DNA of 63,677 nucleotides, counting the filler, from Octopus bimaculoides (taxonomy: Eukaryota), in assembly GCF_001194135.2 (NCBI RefSeq). It is 7 parts of 6 records of this genome, joined end to end, with 100 filler letters (N's around TTAATTAATTAA, not from the genome) between each part and the next. Parts side by side here need not be neighbours in the genome. Positions count along the whole stretch, not along the records: positions 52,894 to 62,172 come from NC_068987.1; positions 62,273 to 63,677 come from NW_026327256.1; 5 more parts are not named here. One strand, given 5' to 3'. The notes beneath the pieces were generated by a model, which was not told the origin of the DNA, ran no database searches, and saw only the letters and a list, made by a program, of their open reading frames with translations. Positions 62,042 to 63,677 of this stretch are shown in pieces (position 1 is the stretch's first letter; the number at the start of each line of letters is the position of its first letter). Made by a program: the position numbers and the translations under genes.

Positions 62042-62137
62042 GTGAGTTTGCATGAGTGCTATGCATAGGGCTTGATTGCATGCAGCAATATGTATATATA
62101 TATATACATACATATATATATACATATACATATATAT

Positions 62138-62172
<35 letters not shown>

Positions 62173-62272
62173 NNNNNNNNNNNNNNNNNNNNNNNNNNNN
62201 NNNNNNNNNNNNNNNNTTAATTAATTAANNNNNNNNNNNNNNNNNNNNNNNNNNNNNNNNNNNNNNNNNNNN
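62173..62272. other. Artificial scaffold joint
   Basis: TTAATTAATTAA at 62217-62228 flanked by 44 N on each side. Confidence 0.97.
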
Positions 62273-63354
62273 CATTTACTGCCCTCTCACTTTCATACAA
62301 AATTTCTCCGTGGGTCATTCTTAATTGTGTTTTCACCTTGGCAGTTGTTTGTGTATTCAGGCTATATTGTTAAGAATATCTTCTTCGAAAATATAATTTT
62401 ATGAATCTTGGCCATTCTACCAGGGACATACATAATGCATGTAGCTAGCATCATGGATATAAATTGCTTCCGTTTTATATCATTGATTTTCATATTACAT
62501 AACTTATTTCATCTTGTGGAGTTCTTTATCAACTGGTTTTCTGTTCCTCTTGAGAAAATGCAGGCTCGATTGTGTTGGAATACCTCTTGACACGTGTCGA
62601 CCTAACTGGTTCGTTTAGATCGTACCCTGTTACTTCACTTATATTTTGTCACTTCCGCATTGTCGATGCTTTTTGTAATATATTTGTTTTACCGTTATAT
62701 GTATATTTGTTTCCTGAAAAGAATGCAATCGGATATTCTAGTCGTTAACGGCCGTAGTGTGACGTTCTGCTAGAGAATGTTTACAAAGAGAAATAATAAA
62801 ATCACCAAAACGAAAATCATTCATAGGCTGAGTCGCTATTGTCAATAGAGCGACGAACAAAATATCCTTTACGGAATAGGGGTTGAGTACCTTTATGTTC
62901 ACAGTTCAAATATTAGAAGCTATGTTTGCTACTCATCATACTGGGATCAAATACCAGTGAAGTTACTTTGGTTGATTTTACTGACTCCACCTCTCCAACC
63001 TAGGTACCGATTAAGTTGACTACCTCTCCCCGACCCACCATCATCAGGAATATTTGACCTTCTGCCAACGTAATTAATCCTTATAAATTCTTCTTTTCTC
63101 AATATCGCCATCATTATCTCCATCGTCGTTGTCGTAAAAGTACTATTTTTTCTGTTAGCCTTATAACTTATACAAGGGAATCATATGTATTCTGAGGTCA
63201 AGAAACAACCCTTTCAACAGTGTTTCATTTAGTTACGTCGTGGCGGCTAGCTGGNNNNNNNNNNNNNNNNNNNNNNNNNNNNNNNNNNNNNNNNNNNNNN
63301 NNNNNNNNNNNNNNNNNNNNNNNNNNNNNNNNNNNNNNNNNNNNNNNNNNNNNN

Positions 63355-63505
63355 NNCGTTCGAAGTTCAAATTCTGCCGAGCTCGACTTTGCTTTTCATC
63401 CATTCAAGATCGATAAATTTAGTACCAGCCGATTACTGAGAGTTGATGTAATCGACGACCTCCTTCTTCCACATTTTCAGGTCTTGTGCCTGTAGTAGGA
63501 AGGGT
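63355..63505 (+). mobile_element. SINE A (5' end lost in gap)
   Basis: ttcaaattctgccgagctcgactttgcttttcatcc...gtcttgtgcctgtagtaggaaggg. Confidence 0.8.
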
Positions 63506-63677
63506 TATTTAATGGCGATAGGAATAGAAAGAGTAATTACTGACATTTTCCCTCCTTTATGTGTAATAATCCATTCAACTCACTACAACCTCCGTTCTGC
63601 AGAGGCCGCGTTCTTTTCTCTCTCTGTCTCTAAGTATTCTCTTATTTGCTCACTGCAACACAGAACATCCTTATCTC

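Overview
Eukaryotic, AT-rich, repeat-dominated DNA. The SINE families and microsatellite load look like an octopus (coleoid cephalopod) genome; that is pattern recognition, not a database result. The window is not contiguous: six 100-bp artificial joints (N44-TTAATTAATTAA-N44) concatenate seven unrelated scaffolds (1-6788, 6889-16343, 16444-29007, 29108-40273, 40374-52793, 52894-62172, 62273-63677), so no gene neighbourhood can be inferred across them. I recognise no complete protein-coding gene, CRISPR array or rRNA. Almost all long ORFs in the track are microsatellite or N-gap artefacts. Supported content: (i) a 6.7-kb CpG-rich 28-bp satellite with an internal polarity switch, abutting a SINE fragment; (ii) four short retroposon families (called A-D here) in many copies, some nested or dimeric; (iii) decayed Tc1, mariner, maT-like and pogo transposases, several MITEs, a 501-bp foldback element and a Helitron nested in an R4/Dong-like LINE; (iv) LINE remnants (Tx1/L1-like ORF1, ORF2 and 3' tail, RTE, R4/Dong-like, HERO/NeSL-like); (v) a few unidentified candidate exons. 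Best leads: a satellite possibly born from a SINE-internal motif, a SINE dimer whose tail matches the Tx1-like LINE 3' end, long hairpins and inverted SINE pairs as candidate ADAR substrates, and two unidentified coding-like segments (13370-13865, 32364-32647). I see no firm evidence of a new multi-gene system.
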